Source: an uncultured virus (IMG/VR IMGVR_UViG_3300032093_000026)
Lineage: Duplodnaviria > Heunggongvirae > Uroviricota > Caudoviricetes
DNA length: 64,000 nt
Direction: 5' to 3' (one strand)
Virus record (IMG/VR): IMGVR_UViG_3300032093_000026
This document shows, one piece after another, positions 30,394-39,944 of the stretch (positions within the stretch are counted from its first letter, which is position 1; each line of letters opens with the position of its first letter). The position numbers and the translations under genes were made by a program. Below the pieces are notes generated by a model. It saw nothing but the letters and a program-made list of their open reading frames with translations, was not told where the DNA came from and did no database searches.

Positions 30394-31647
30394 TTAAACA
30401 GTTTCCAGAACAAGATCATTATTTCCTGCTGCAGCAGCTGCACCAAGAATAAAGTTACTCATTGCTGTAGTAGAAGTACCAGTTGGTACATGTACAACCA
30501 GCAAATATTGATCATTATCAAATGTTCCTGTAGGATTGTTAAAGCGAGGTACACTGTGAAGAATCAAAAGTTGATCATACAAACCTTGACGATTGATAGT
30601 TGCAAGAGCAGGATCAGCTTCAATTTCACGCATCCTTAAGCTATCTACACGAGTGCTATCAGGATATGCATTTTGAAGATAACGACCATCAAGAATCATC
30701 TGACGCAAGATTGTTTCACCAAGACCTGAAGCTTGCAAAGGAGTTTGTAACTCACTGTCATCAAAACATTGTACATTACAAGCATCTCCTGTTTCATCTG
30801 TCAATGATGCAAAAATAAACAGAGGCATCAATTCATAGAAATCTGTAGGAGTGAAAGTACAGCTAAGGAACTTAGTATCAACATATGCAGCTTCAATACC
30901 AAGACAAGCTTGATCAGTAGAAGCAGTTTGTGATGTAGGATCCCAAGCAGCATGATTACCAGCAGGATCTGCTAAGTAAGCATCAAGAGCTACAATAAAT
31001 GCATCAATACCAGCTTGTGTAGGACTACCATCAGGACCAACAGCTTGTGTAGCAACGACTGCACCTGTATAATCTTTAACATAAAGTTTGATGAAATTAT
31101 TAATCAGAGGATTAGTCAAAAGACGTTTAGCCCAAGCAATTACAGCAATTGTAGGATCTACAAGAGCTCCAGTACATGTAGCAGAACAATCATCAGTGCA
31201 ACATCCTGTAAACGCATCTTGTGTACTATAAATGTTGTGAGACAAGAAACGAAGTGCAGGAGAACCTTTAAGGTCAATACGAAGACGATAGGTTTTACCA
31301 CACTCAAGATTACATACACAAAGTTCTCTTATTTGTGTGCGTGGAGAAACAGCACCCACTTCAATAAGACGAGTGATGTACTTAGGATTGATTACTTTAG
31401 ACTTAACTGACTCTTGATAACCACCTAAAAATCTGTTACCACCAATCTTATCAGTTGCAAAGTAAGAACCTTGAGCAAGAAGAAAAGGTGCAGCAGAAGG
31501 AGCAGCTAAAGCAGCAAATGTCCTAGAATCAAAAAAACCAACTTGTCCAGCTGTAAGGTTGGAGGTGTTACCTGTAGTTCTTAATGTAAAAGAACCTTGT
31601 GAAGTTGCAGGTAGGAAACTTTTTCGAAAGGCGTGATTAAAATACAT
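30394..31647 (-). CDS. Abundant structural protein (auxiliary capsid-like)
   Basis: 417 aa with its own late promoter and terminator; codon usage resembles the MCP gene. Confidence 0.55.
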   Translation of the reverse strand: MYFNHAFRKSFLPATSQGSFTLRTTGNTSNLTAGQVGFFDSRTFAALAAPSAAPFLLAQGSYFATDKIGGNRFLGGYQESVKSKVINPKYITRLIEVGAVSPRTQIRELCVCNLECGKTYRLRIDLKGSPALRFLSHNIYSTQDAFTGCCTDDCSATCTGALVDPTIAVIAWAKRLLTNPLINNFIKLYVKDYTGAVVATQAVGPDGSPTQAGIDAFIVALDAYLADPAGNHAAWDPTSQTASTDQACLGIEAAYVDTKFLSCTFTPTDFYELMPLFIFASLTDETGDACNVQCFDDSELQTPLQASGLGETILRQMILDGRYLQNAYPDSTRVDSLRMREIEADPALATINRQGLYDQLLILHSVPRFNNPTGTFDNDQYLLVVHVPTGTSTTAMSNFILGAAAAAGNNDLVLETV

Positions 31648-31703
31648 AATTTTAAAATTTAAAAGGGTTTATAAACAATATAAATACAATATAATATACG
31701 AAT

Positions 31704-32168
31704 TTATTTTAAAAATAACAACTTATATTTTATAGAATTTATAGTAGACTTAATATTATCTAAATCATTTACTATTTCGCTATAAGGCATAGATGACTGC
31801 AATGAGCATATTTTATCATATAGTTTTCTAAGAAACTCTAAACCTTCTTCTACAGAATTTATTTCTGAAGCAGCCGTATTAGGAAGTTCTAAAATCTTTT
31901 CAGAAGCACCTTGAAAACCCTCTACAAGATCATCAGCATGTCCTGTAAAAGCTTCATAATCAAGTGCTTTGTGAGCAGCAAATGAACCAAGGCCTGTCAC
32001 TTTAAGATGAAGTTTATGAATGCTTGTTACAGCATTTAAAAGATCTTGTGCTAAAGCTGCTGTTTGCATACATAGTGCACATGATTCAGAACCACCATTG
32101 TCAACAATCATCATTGTTACACTAGCTGGTTTAGATGAAAAAATACTAGGTCTTGTTAACTTTTGCAT
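31704..32168 (-). CDS. Ferritin/Dps-like protein
   Basis: HKLHL...SFAAHKALD.....DDLVE helical ferritin-like motif. Confidence 0.7.
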   Translation of the reverse strand: MQKLTRPSIFSSKPASVTMMIVDNGGSESCALCMQTAALAQDLLNAVTSIHKLHLKVTGLGSFAAHKALDYEAFTGHADDLVEGFQGASEKILELPNTAASEINSVEEGLEFLRKLYDKICSLQSSMPYSEIVNDLDNIKSTINSIKYKLLFLK

Positions 32169-32170
32169 AT

Positions 32171-32869
32171 CTAACTATTTGATTGTACAACTTGTTGTTC
32201 TCTTTGATATTGTACTATTGATTCAATATCACCAGCAAGAATTGCTACGGCTTGATCAACAATAACTTCTGCTACATCATCATTAAATTCTGTTTCTTGA
32301 TCAGCAGTAAAAACTGTATTATTTACAATATCAATACAACCATTAAACTGAACTTCTCTTGGTTTTCTAAAGTAGTATAAATATGCTTCATCAATTTCAA
32401 ACTCATCATTTGTGTAAACACGAAGTCTATTATTTACTAATGTAGAAACTGTTTCAGCCCAGTCAAAATCTGGTTGCTTGTCTTTATTATTTAATATAAC
32501 AGCTATATTAGCTTCTTCTACTTGATATACAGTCATTCTTCTAGAAGGACAACAAGATTTTTTAGCAAATACATCTGTTCTTACGTAGTGAAGATAATCT
32601 GCTGGAATATCACCTTCTGCATAGATTCTTTTATCTACCATTGGTAAAAGCTCAAACTTTAATAGTCTTTGTAAATCATCAACAAGACCACTAGATTGTT
32701 CAGCACCTTCTTTACGAATATTAATACCATAAAGCTGGCGTCTTGTCCATTCTATTTGAGCTTTATTAAAAGCTTCTTGAATCTGCCAACATTCAAAGTT
32801 GTCATAGTCCAATGAAGCTAATTTATTCAGCCTTTGTTTAATCTTTATTTGTAACAGATTGTTATTCAT
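32171..32869 (-). CDS. Head-tail adaptor/ring protein
   Basis: 232 aa with FNKAQ, IPADYL and YFRKP; synteny downstream of the MCP. Confidence 0.6.
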   Translation of the reverse strand: MNNNLLQIKIKQRLNKLASLDYDNFECWQIQEAFNKAQIEWTRRQLYGINIRKEGAEQSSGLVDDLQRLLKFELLPMVDKRIYAEGDIPADYLHYVRTDVFAKKSCCPSRRMTVYQVEEANIAVILNNKDKQPDFDWAETVSTLVNNRLRVYTNDEFEIDEAYLYYFRKPREVQFNGCIDIVNNTVFTADQETEFNDDVAEVIVDQAVAILAGDIESIVQYQREQQVVQSNS

Positions 32870-33118
32870 CTAGCATTTCCATTTGCGCAGAGATTTATTA
32901 ATTCTGCTATTAGGATCATTAGCTGTTTTAGAAGACGTAAGTTTCGACTTCATTCCTTTCATCCTAGCACAAAATGACTTTTTTCTAGAACCACCTTCTG
33001 GTTGAGGTGCTTTAAGATTACCACCAGTAGCTTTATTATAAGAAGCTCTACCTTTAGCGTTTAAACCACCTTCAGGATTTTTACCTTCTTTTCTTTGCCA
33101 AGCTGGTGATTTTGCCAT
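32870..33118 (-). CDS. Small basic conserved phage protein
   Basis: GKNPEGGLNAKGRASY..RKKSFCARM..SLRKWKC. Confidence 0.7.
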   Translation of the reverse strand: MAKSPAWQRKEGKNPEGGLNAKGRASYNKATGGNLKAPQPEGGSRKKSFCARMKGMKSKLTSSKTANDPNSRINKSLRKWKC

Positions 33119-33120
33119 GG

Positions 33121-33531
33121 TTATTTACTTTTACGAAGTGATTTAGGTGTACAACCACCCATTTTCATTTTAACAGGACCTCCACTTTTTTTGTAACCCA
33201 TTTTATTTCTAACAGGTGTAGGAAGTTGACCAAGGCTTTTTTGTTTATCTGAAGGTACAGGTTTTAAAGCAGTACCACCTGTGCGCAACTTTACTTTTTT
33301 AACTACTCTAGTATTATCTGCTGCTGGATTTTGTTTTATTCTTTGTAGTCGTGCTGCTTCACTAGAAAGATTTCTTGCTTTTTCTTCTTTTTGCTGATCA
33401 TACATTGACTTGTATCCAGGATATCCTGAAATAGATTTAGTCAAATTTTCATCGTTTTGCTTCCACTGATTGTAAGAAATTTCTTTACCAGCTTCATTAT
33501 AATACTTTTGTTTTGCTTTTTTTGGAGGCAT
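33121..33531 (-). CDS. Basic xxGG-motif protein
   Basis: LRTGG, KKSGG and MKMGG motifs. Confidence 0.6.
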   Translation of the reverse strand: MPPKKAKQKYYNEAGKEISYNQWKQNDENLTKSISGYPGYKSMYDQQKEEKARNLSSEAARLQRIKQNPAADNTRVVKKVKLRTGGTALKPVPSDKQKSLGQLPTPVRNKMGYKKSGGPVKMKMGGCTPKSLRKSK

Positions 33532-33533
33532 GA

Positions 33534-33698
33534 TTATTTGTTTTTAGCCATTTTTTTAAAAGTTTTTGCTAGGTTGTAGCGTTTACTACCAGGAGGACAA
33601 GACGAAGATCCAAATTTAGCTCCAGTACATACACCTTCCGTACCTCTACGTTTGATAGATGCTGTAGCTTTTTGAATCCACTTTTTGTCTTTTGTCAT
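33534..33698 (-). CDS. Small basic protein
   Basis: Not in the ORF track. MTKDKKWIQKATASIKRRGTEGVCTG...LAKTFKKMAKNK, 54 aa. Confidence 0.65.
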   Translation of the reverse strand: MTKDKKWIQKATASIKRRGTEGVCTGAKFGSSSCPPGSKRYNLAKTFKKMAKNK

Positions 33699-33700
33699 AG

Positions 33701-33937
33701 TTACTTCTTTTTAGACTTAACGCTTCCACCTTTTTTAAGAGTACCCAATTTTTCAGCATATTTGCTTCGGTTTGATTTTCCTGAAGCATCATACCCAGGT
33801 TTTCCTTTATTAACACTTTGTTTCCAATCTTTTTGTTTTGTTGCAAAATCAGAAACATTACTTTTTAAATTTTTTACATCATCTGTTAATACTTTATTTC
33901 CAGCAGCTTTAGCTTTTTTTTCTTTATCGTTTGGCAT
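33701..33937 (-). CDS. Basic xxGG-motif protein
   Basis: Ends LKKGGSVKSKKK. Confidence 0.6.
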   Translation of the reverse strand: MPNDKEKKAKAAGNKVLTDDVKNLKSNVSDFATKQKDWKQSVNKGKPGYDASGKSNRSKYAEKLGTLKKGGSVKSKKK

Positions 33938-33956
33938 AATAAATATTTTTAATTTT

Positions 33957-34370
33957 TTATTTTTTTCTAGATTTGCCTACAGTACCACCTCTTTTAAGTG
34001 GTTTCATTAAATAATTGGGGTCTGTTGTTTTTTTCTGTTGTTTTTCACGTTCTCGTCTAGCTTGTTCTTTATATATAATTTCAGCTGCTCTGTTCATATT
34101 TATTTCTTTACTACCTGAACCTTCTTTATTTCCACCTTGCACGTTTTTATATTCACTTGCGTATTGATTCATTTTAGTTGTATTTGGTGCACCATCAAAA
34201 AATCCTTTTACAGTTCTGCGAGTTTTTTCTTTAGTTACACTACCTTTTCCAATTAAGTTTGGTCTTGTAACTGTTTTTTTAACATAGTTACCATCTTCGC
34301 TATAAACCTTAGTTTTTGTTTTTTTAGGACCACCGTCTTCGTACTTTTTAATAGAAGTTTTCTTTTTCAT
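33957..34370 (-). CDS. Basic xxGG-motif protein
   Basis: Contains YEDGG; ends LKRGGTVGKSRKK. Confidence 0.6.
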   Translation of the reverse strand: MKKKTSIKKYEDGGPKKTKTKVYSEDGNYVKKTVTRPNLIGKGSVTKEKTRRTVKGFFDGAPNTTKMNQYASEYKNVQGGNKEGSGSKEINMNRAAEIIYKEQARREREKQQKKTTDPNYLMKPLKRGGTVGKSRKK

Positions 34371-34371
34371 A

Positions 34372-34518
34372 TTATTTCTTTTTAGCTTTTATTTTACGTT
34401 CTTGTTTAAGCATTTGAGCTGTAGGCTTTTTACCTGATCCTTTAGCATCGCGAATATTATCCCAAAGTCCTCTTTGAGAATAAGATCCATCTTTGCGTTT
34501 GATCATTTCTTTTGCCAT
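34372..34518 (-). CDS. Small basic protein
   Basis: Not in the ORF track. MAKEMIKRKDGSYSQRGLWDNIR...KAKKK, 48 aa. Confidence 0.65.
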   Translation of the reverse strand: MAKEMIKRKDGSYSQRGLWDNIRDAKGSGKKPTAQMLKQERKIKAKKK

Positions 34519-34823
34519 CACTTCTTTTTTTTAGTTTTAACAATACCACCTTTTTTTAATTTAGAAGAAGAAGTTGTATCTTTTTTAATTGCATCTAAAT
34601 ACTTCTTAGAGTCTATACCTTCTATACTTCTTAAATAATAATCATTTTTTAATTTTGTATTTATAGAATCAAGTTGTGGTTTCATTTTATCAAACATTCT
34701 CTTTTGATAATCTTTAAGCTGATTGCTGTTATAAATACCATAACCTGGATCAATTTTTTTACCAGAAGGTGGTGGAGTTCCTTTCTTTGGTGGTGGAGTT
34801 CCTTTCTTTTTTACACTTGACAT
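34518..34823 (-). CDS. Basic xxGG-motif protein
   Basis: KKGTPPP twice; ends LKKGGIVKTKKKK. Confidence 0.6.
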   Translation of the reverse strand: MSSVKKKGTPPPKKGTPPPSGKKIDPGYGIYNSNQLKDYQKRMFDKMKPQLDSINTKLKNDYYLRSIEGIDSKKYLDAIKKDTTSSSKLKKGGIVKTKKKK

Positions 34824-34838
34824 ATATTTAAATTTTAA

Positions 34839-35855
34839 TTATCTATTCCAATATTGTTCAACTTTCTTTGTCAAATCTATAAGAATTTCTTCATTAAGAG
34901 GATTCTTAAGATATTCTACAACATCAGCTTGGTTACGGCCAAGAAGAGTTGTAGTGGCCATATGATATATAAATCCATCAGCTTTTGTTGCAATGAATTT
35001 ATAATAATGACTATCTTTTACAATTGCTCTAATTTTTAAAGATTCCATATCAAGAGAAGCTGTTTCTAAGAAACGCTTAGCTGTCTTATTTTTATCTTTT
35101 TCTATAAGATCACCATTGATGTATTTATCCATATTATCATAGATAATATCATTTGGTGTAGACTTTTTATATTGAGCACTATTAGGATCTAAAAGTCTAG
35201 CAATATAAAGTAGTTTATTTTGATTCTTGTCAAAGAGCTTTTGAAGTTCTGAAAGAGCTTTGTTACGAAGCTTCTTAACTTCTGTTTTAGTAGATGCTGT
35301 ATCTTCTAATCTATCCAAATAAAATTTAGGTGGTGTTGTACGTTGACGGGCATCTTCTAAAGATTTTGATACAATTGAAAAGCCACCTGCATCAATTGCA
35401 TATAGTTTAATTAAATCATAGGGATCTTTGTCTGCATCAAGATAAACAGGTTCATTACCACAACGAATTTTAATCTTATCCCAAAACTCTGTATTATCTT
35501 GTTTAAGTAGTTTTACTTTATTCCAAAACTCTTTATCTTCAACATCAATTACATTACCAGCTAAAACCTTTTCAAGATGAGAAACTACTCTACGAATTTC
35601 TTTAATTTTTGCTTCTTGTTCATCAAAAGGAAGTGAAGATAATTCAGGTGCAAATTCGTTTAATCCTGTAAGATAACGCTTAAGACCATTTACTTCTAAA
35701 CATGCAATTGATTCTTCATGGAATGCACCTTCAAAAAGACTTAAACCATATCTTTGTAATCCCATGTTTTCTACTCCAGGATCAAAATAAGGTTTAATAG
35801 AAATAGTTGACTTTTTGTTTTGTGGATACATTTCCACCATTGTAAGACTACTCAT
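34839..35855 (-). CDS. Conserved crAss-like protein downstream of the MCP
   Basis: Start shortened to MSSLTM, which follows an AAAAAACCAAAT leader. Helical; ends YLKNPLNEEI. Confidence 0.6.
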   Translation of the reverse strand: MSSLTMVEMYPQNKKSTISIKPYFDPGVENMGLQRYGLSLFEGAFHEESIACLEVNGLKRYLTGLNEFAPELSSLPFDEQEAKIKEIRRVVSHLEKVLAGNVIDVEDKEFWNKVKLLKQDNTEFWDKIKIRCGNEPVYLDADKDPYDLIKLYAIDAGGFSIVSKSLEDARQRTTPPKFYLDRLEDTASTKTEVKKLRNKALSELQKLFDKNQNKLLYIARLLDPNSAQYKKSTPNDIIYDNMDKYINGDLIEKDKNKTAKRFLETASLDMESLKIRAIVKDSHYYKFIATKADGFIYHMATTTLLGRNQADVVEYLKNPLNEEILIDLTKKVEQYWNR

Positions 35856-35935
35856 ATTTGGTTTTTTATTGTTTATTAAGTTGGTTACAATTTGTAACCA
35901 GTTCAATATGTTGATGACTACTAAATGTAGTCAAC

Positions 35936-36166
35936 TTAATCTAAGATTTTAGAAATCCAGCTTTGCTTTACCTGATCTTCTTTATTCTTTTCTGCACGAC
36001 TTTCAGCTTTAGCAAATTCTACATCAGTAAGCATAAGAGATTTCACTTTACCATTCACTTTTACTAAAACAGTAAGATAACTATCGTTCTCATTTGTAAA
36101 GTTAGTAGCTTTTTTGTTTTTAATTCTAATAACTTTACCAATTCTAGTAAATGTTTCAAAGGTCAT
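35936..36166 (-). CDS. Hypothetical protein
   Basis: Likely start MTFETF, directly after the upstream stop. Confidence 0.55.
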   Translation of the reverse strand: MTFETFTRIGKVIRIKNKKATNFTNENDSYLTVLVKVNGKVKSLMLTDVEFAKAESRAEKNKEDQVKQSWISKILD

Positions 36167-36167
36167 T

Positions 36168-36617
36168 TTAGTCAATTTTAACAAGTTCATAATAAAAATA
36201 CACATCTCCCCAGTCTTGAGTAGATGATACATCTGCAATTTTAATATTAAAAATGTCTCCAGCTACACCAGTTCCAAATACTACAGGTATAGCATTACCT
36301 GTTACATAACCTGTTAGTTGTACATAAAATTTTTCTCTATCAGGTATGATTTCTGGATTTTGAAGAGAAATAAAAAATGATGAAGCTGTTGCATCAAAAT
36401 TTACTAAATCAACTATACCTTTTTTAGACATAATTCTTATCTGTCCAGAGGTACCACCTTGTAAATCTATTTCATAAAATTTAATATCCATAATATCTCT
36501 TGACAATCTATTCACATGCGCAATGCGCGCGAGAGCACCCTCAGCTTCAGAATAAGCTTGTTGTAAAGCTCTATCTGGAGACTTAGGATTCATTATCAGA
36601 CGTTTAAGAGATATCAT
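36168..36617 (-). CDS. Putative capsid decoration/structural protein
   Basis: 149 aa near the MCP; beta-rich C-terminus. Confidence 0.45.
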   Translation of the reverse strand: MISLKRLIMNPKSPDRALQQAYSEAEGALARIAHVNRLSRDIMDIKFYEIDLQGGTSGQIRIMSKKGIVDLVNFDATASSFFISLQNPEIIPDREKFYVQLTGYVTGNAIPVVFGTGVAGDIFNIKIADVSSTQDWGDVYFYYELVKID

Positions 36618-36705
36618 AGTACTAAACTTATAGAACCTAACAAGGGTTGCCAGTCCTTCACTTGATCAGAGTGGTAGGCATACACTAGGTTGAAGGGGTG
36701 ATAAA

Positions 36706-36867
36706 TTATTTACCACTCTTTGAATTTCTATTCAAAGAAGGATTAACTTTCACATTTTTATTATTAACATTTGTACGAACACCTTTTGTAGAAGGTTGTA
36801 CTCTTTTGTAACCAGCAGCTGAACCAAGTTCAGACTTAGATTTTGGAGTTCCAGGTTTTCCAGCCAT
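36706..36867 (-). CDS. Small basic protein
   Basis: Not in the ORF track. MAGKPGTPKSKSELG...SKSGK, 53 aa. Confidence 0.55.
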   Translation of the reverse strand: MAGKPGTPKSKSELGSAAGYKRVQPSTKGVRTNVNNKNVKVNPSLNRNSKSGK

Positions 36868-36905
36868 TTGTTTAGTTTTTAAATTGTTATTTAATATATA
36901 TAAAG

Positions 36906-36932
36906 ACCTGGGTGTATGGTTAACACCCAGGT
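36906..36932 (-). terminator. Hairpin terminator after the MCP
   Basis: ACCTGGGTGT..ACACCCAGGT perfect 10-bp stem. Confidence 0.65.
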
Positions 36933-36944
36933 ACTGTTATATTA

Positions 36945-38564
36945 TTAGAATGAACCACCAGTAATAGGATTGCGCATAACAATCTTCAATACCTTGGTAG
37001 GATCTTTCACCCAAATTGCAGGCATTGTTTGTGTCATAAATACGCGATATCCATTGAAATTACCAGAAGATTGGAAACCTTGTGTACGACCCATATAATC
37101 CATGGTACCATTTTGATAGAACCATTTCAGTTGGTTGTCCCAGCTAAGTTTCAACAAGAAGATATTATCATTTGTGTTATCAGTGATATCAAAGATAATA
37201 AAGTTGTAAGAGCTAAGAGGGAAACCATCGATGATTGGATTTTCGATGTCGTTAGTGTGTACATTATCAAACGCAGGGTTAAGTACAAACTTAATGTTAG
37301 CCAAGAAAGGAATAATGTACTGAGTGTATGCAAATCCAAAGTTCAGATCCATACCTTGACCAGTAATTGCTCCAATTTCTTTAGCATTAATCACTAAGCC
37401 AGAATTAACTGCCTCACGCTTAATAGCTTCATTAACAAGTTTCATACCACCAAGACCTGTTTGTACAATCAATTGACGTTGAGGATCTGGTCCTTTAAAT
37501 TCAACTTTACCGTTAAAGAAGTTAAAGATTTCAGATTTAAACAAGTCAAGATTGAAAGATCCACGGTTGTAGATACGCTTGTAAGAGTTGTCAAGTTGCT
37601 TCCAAAGACCCACAGACAAACGAATATCATCTGGACCATCTTGCTTAATACGTCCACCTTGTCCCCACATCAAGTAGGTTTCGATGTCATTAGCAATTTT
37701 GGTAAGATGAGCTGCCTCAAGTGTAGTCAAGAAAGAACGAGTAAGTTGTCCTGATTGATAAGCTTTCTTTACATAATCTTTACCAAGCTTAGAAGCCATG
37801 TCTTCAAGATTAGTAATAGAAGGATCAGGATTCTTTTCAAAGTTTCTCCAAAGTTCAATTACAGGTACAGTTCCATCAGCTTTCATACCACCTTTCATCA
37901 TAAGGTCAGCACGAGAAGAAATAGAATAATGTACGTGAGCTTCAGCACCACCTACGTAGTTGTAGAACTCACGAAAACCTGCAGACACTGAACCAATGTC
38001 AGAGAAACGCTCGCCATATTCACCACGAGCAGAACCTTTACGAAACACTCTAGTTCCAACAGCAAGATACTGATTTTGGATGAACCTAAAGTTGTCGTTG
38101 TTCACAAGTTGAACAGTGTAAATAAAACCATCACCAGCAGGGATGACATCATCAGCAGTGATGTACATCTCAACGCCATTGTATTTATCATAAGTGATGA
38201 TATCACCATGACCAAAAGAGCGTTTGTTGATTTTGATTCTAAATGTTTGTCCATCAATACCTTTAGTTGTATTGCCTGGATCTAGATCTTCTACTATGTA
38301 AGGAAGATCTTGTGCGACAGGAATCTGCCATTTGTATTCACCACGTGCGTTGTCTACCATAATCACGTTCTTACCACCAAAGCTGGACATTTGATAAAGA
38401 GGCATTTCTACCTTTTGTACCATTGCCCACAAATCGACAGGACCTAAATCTGTAGGTTCTGCGCTCTTAAGGAGGTTAGACAAGTGATATGAATCCACAT
38501 GTGAACTCGTATGATACTGAGTGTCACGTAGGAATATACCATTGTTTAAAACTGGAGTTGCCAT
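36945..38564 (-). CDS. Major capsid protein
   Basis: 539 aa following portal and scaffold; C-terminal AIWVKDPTK; biased codon usage. Confidence 0.85.
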   Translation of the reverse strand: MATPVLNNGIFLRDTQYHTSSHVDSYHLSNLLKSAEPTDLGPVDLWAMVQKVEMPLYQMSSFGGKNVIMVDNARGEYKWQIPVAQDLPYIVEDLDPGNTTKGIDGQTFRIKINKRSFGHGDIITYDKYNGVEMYITADDVIPAGDGFIYTVQLVNNDNFRFIQNQYLAVGTRVFRKGSARGEYGERFSDIGSVSAGFREFYNYVGGAEAHVHYSISSRADLMMKGGMKADGTVPVIELWRNFEKNPDPSITNLEDMASKLGKDYVKKAYQSGQLTRSFLTTLEAAHLTKIANDIETYLMWGQGGRIKQDGPDDIRLSVGLWKQLDNSYKRIYNRGSFNLDLFKSEIFNFFNGKVEFKGPDPQRQLIVQTGLGGMKLVNEAIKREAVNSGLVINAKEIGAITGQGMDLNFGFAYTQYIIPFLANIKFVLNPAFDNVHTNDIENPIIDGFPLSSYNFIIFDITDNTNDNIFLLKLSWDNQLKWFYQNGTMDYMGRTQGFQSSGNFNGYRVFMTQTMPAIWVKDPTKVLKIVMRNPITGGSF

Positions 38565-38596
38565 TGGGCTTAAAATTTAAGGGGTTAGTAAATAAA

Positions 38597-39832
38597 TTAT
38601 CGTTTAAAAATATTTTGTGGTCTTGCTATTTTTCTAGGTCTTTGATCATCTTCTTCTTGATAAGTGTAAGAGCTTTTACGAGCTTGTTCTGTTTTTAACT
38701 GTCTTACAGTTTGTTCAACAGCTGCTGTTTTACCTTGTTTTTTAAGTTCTGCTCTATAACTATCAGGATCAGATAACAACCAAAGAGCTTCTGCTATAAG
38801 AGAATAATTTGGTTCTACGTATTGATACTTCTCTAAAAGATGTCCTAATAAATTTGTAGGGCGTCCACTTACAGAAGGATATTGCGGTTGAACCAAACCT
38901 GAATAAAGACTAGCTTGTGTTTTTTTATCTAACTTCAAGCCATTAATTTCACCAGGTCTTAAAGCTTCAAATACATTTTGTATATATGCATTTGCTGCTT
39001 GCTCTTGTTGTTTTCTACGTTGCTCTTGTTCTGCCAATTGAGCGTGGACCATTTGCTCCTGCATTTGATCTAATTTTGGCTTAAACTGACGAGCTTTTCT
39101 TTCTAATGTACCAAGTTCTTTAAGTGTTACAATTTCTTCTTCAATTTCTTCAGGACTTTCACCTCTTGTTTGAAGATAGTTTCTTACAATTAATTCTTGG
39201 TCATATTCGTCTTGAGGATCTAAAGATCTAATTTCTTCATTTTGAGCTAATGCTTGAAACAAACCTTTTAAATCTTGACCTCCATCTGCTACATATTTTG
39301 CTGCATATTGAAGTTCTTGAGGAAGTGCTTTAAAAAACTCTTGAGGAGTTTGAGATGCCACCTCATCTTTAAGATTATTTATATTAGCTTGCCAAAGATC
39401 ATCTACATCTTTTTCAGATAAACCACCCAAGTAATCATCCAAAGACTGTTTTGATTCATCGTAATCATCAAAAGCAAACATTTCTTTTGACTCAATACGT
39501 TTCTTAAGAAACTCTACCAGTCCTGATTTTTCTGTGCGAGGTCTACCAGGTTTAGATTTTAAACTTTCATCTTCTACATCTGTTGCAATGTCTTTGTCTA
39601 AGATGTCTGAAAGAACTTCTTTTGCATTTTCTTTAGTTTCATCTCCTGCAACTTCTTCTGGTTTACCATCAAGAAAGCTAAGATCTACATCTTTTTTAGT
39701 GAACACTGTAGGTTTTATTTCTTCTTGCGCAGGTGTGATAACACTTTCTGCACCAGGAGCACCTAACCAGCTATCAATATCTAAGTCTACTTGTTGTACA
39801 GAAGTCTGTACATTGGATTGATTTTCAGCCAT
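38597..39832 (-). CDS. Scaffolding protein
   Basis: Acidic coiled-coil protein of 411 aa between portal and MCP. Confidence 0.7.
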   Translation of the reverse strand: MAENQSNVQTSVQQVDLDIDSWLGAPGAESVITPAQEEIKPTVFTKKDVDLSFLDGKPEEVAGDETKENAKEVLSDILDKDIATDVEDESLKSKPGRPRTEKSGLVEFLKKRIESKEMFAFDDYDESKQSLDDYLGGLSEKDVDDLWQANINNLKDEVASQTPQEFFKALPQELQYAAKYVADGGQDLKGLFQALAQNEEIRSLDPQDEYDQELIVRNYLQTRGESPEEIEEEIVTLKELGTLERKARQFKPKLDQMQEQMVHAQLAEQEQRRKQQEQAANAYIQNVFEALRPGEINGLKLDKKTQASLYSGLVQPQYPSVSGRPTNLLGHLLEKYQYVEPNYSLIAEALWLLSDPDSYRAELKKQGKTAAVEQTVRQLKTEQARKSSYTYQEEDDQRPRKIARPQNIFKR

Positions 39833-39861
39833 GATATATTTGGTTTTTTGTTAGTTTTCTT

Positions 39862-39876
39862 TACAATATAATATAC
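39862..39876 (-). promoter_or_regulatory. Putative late promoter GTATATTATATTGTA
   Basis: Identical 15-mer at 31685-31699; variants at 50289-50301 and 30308-30321. Confidence 0.6.
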
Positions 39877-39944
39877 AACTTAAACTCTAAAAATTTACAA
39901 AATATTAAATAATTATAGCAAAGCACTGGATAATATAGCTATAA

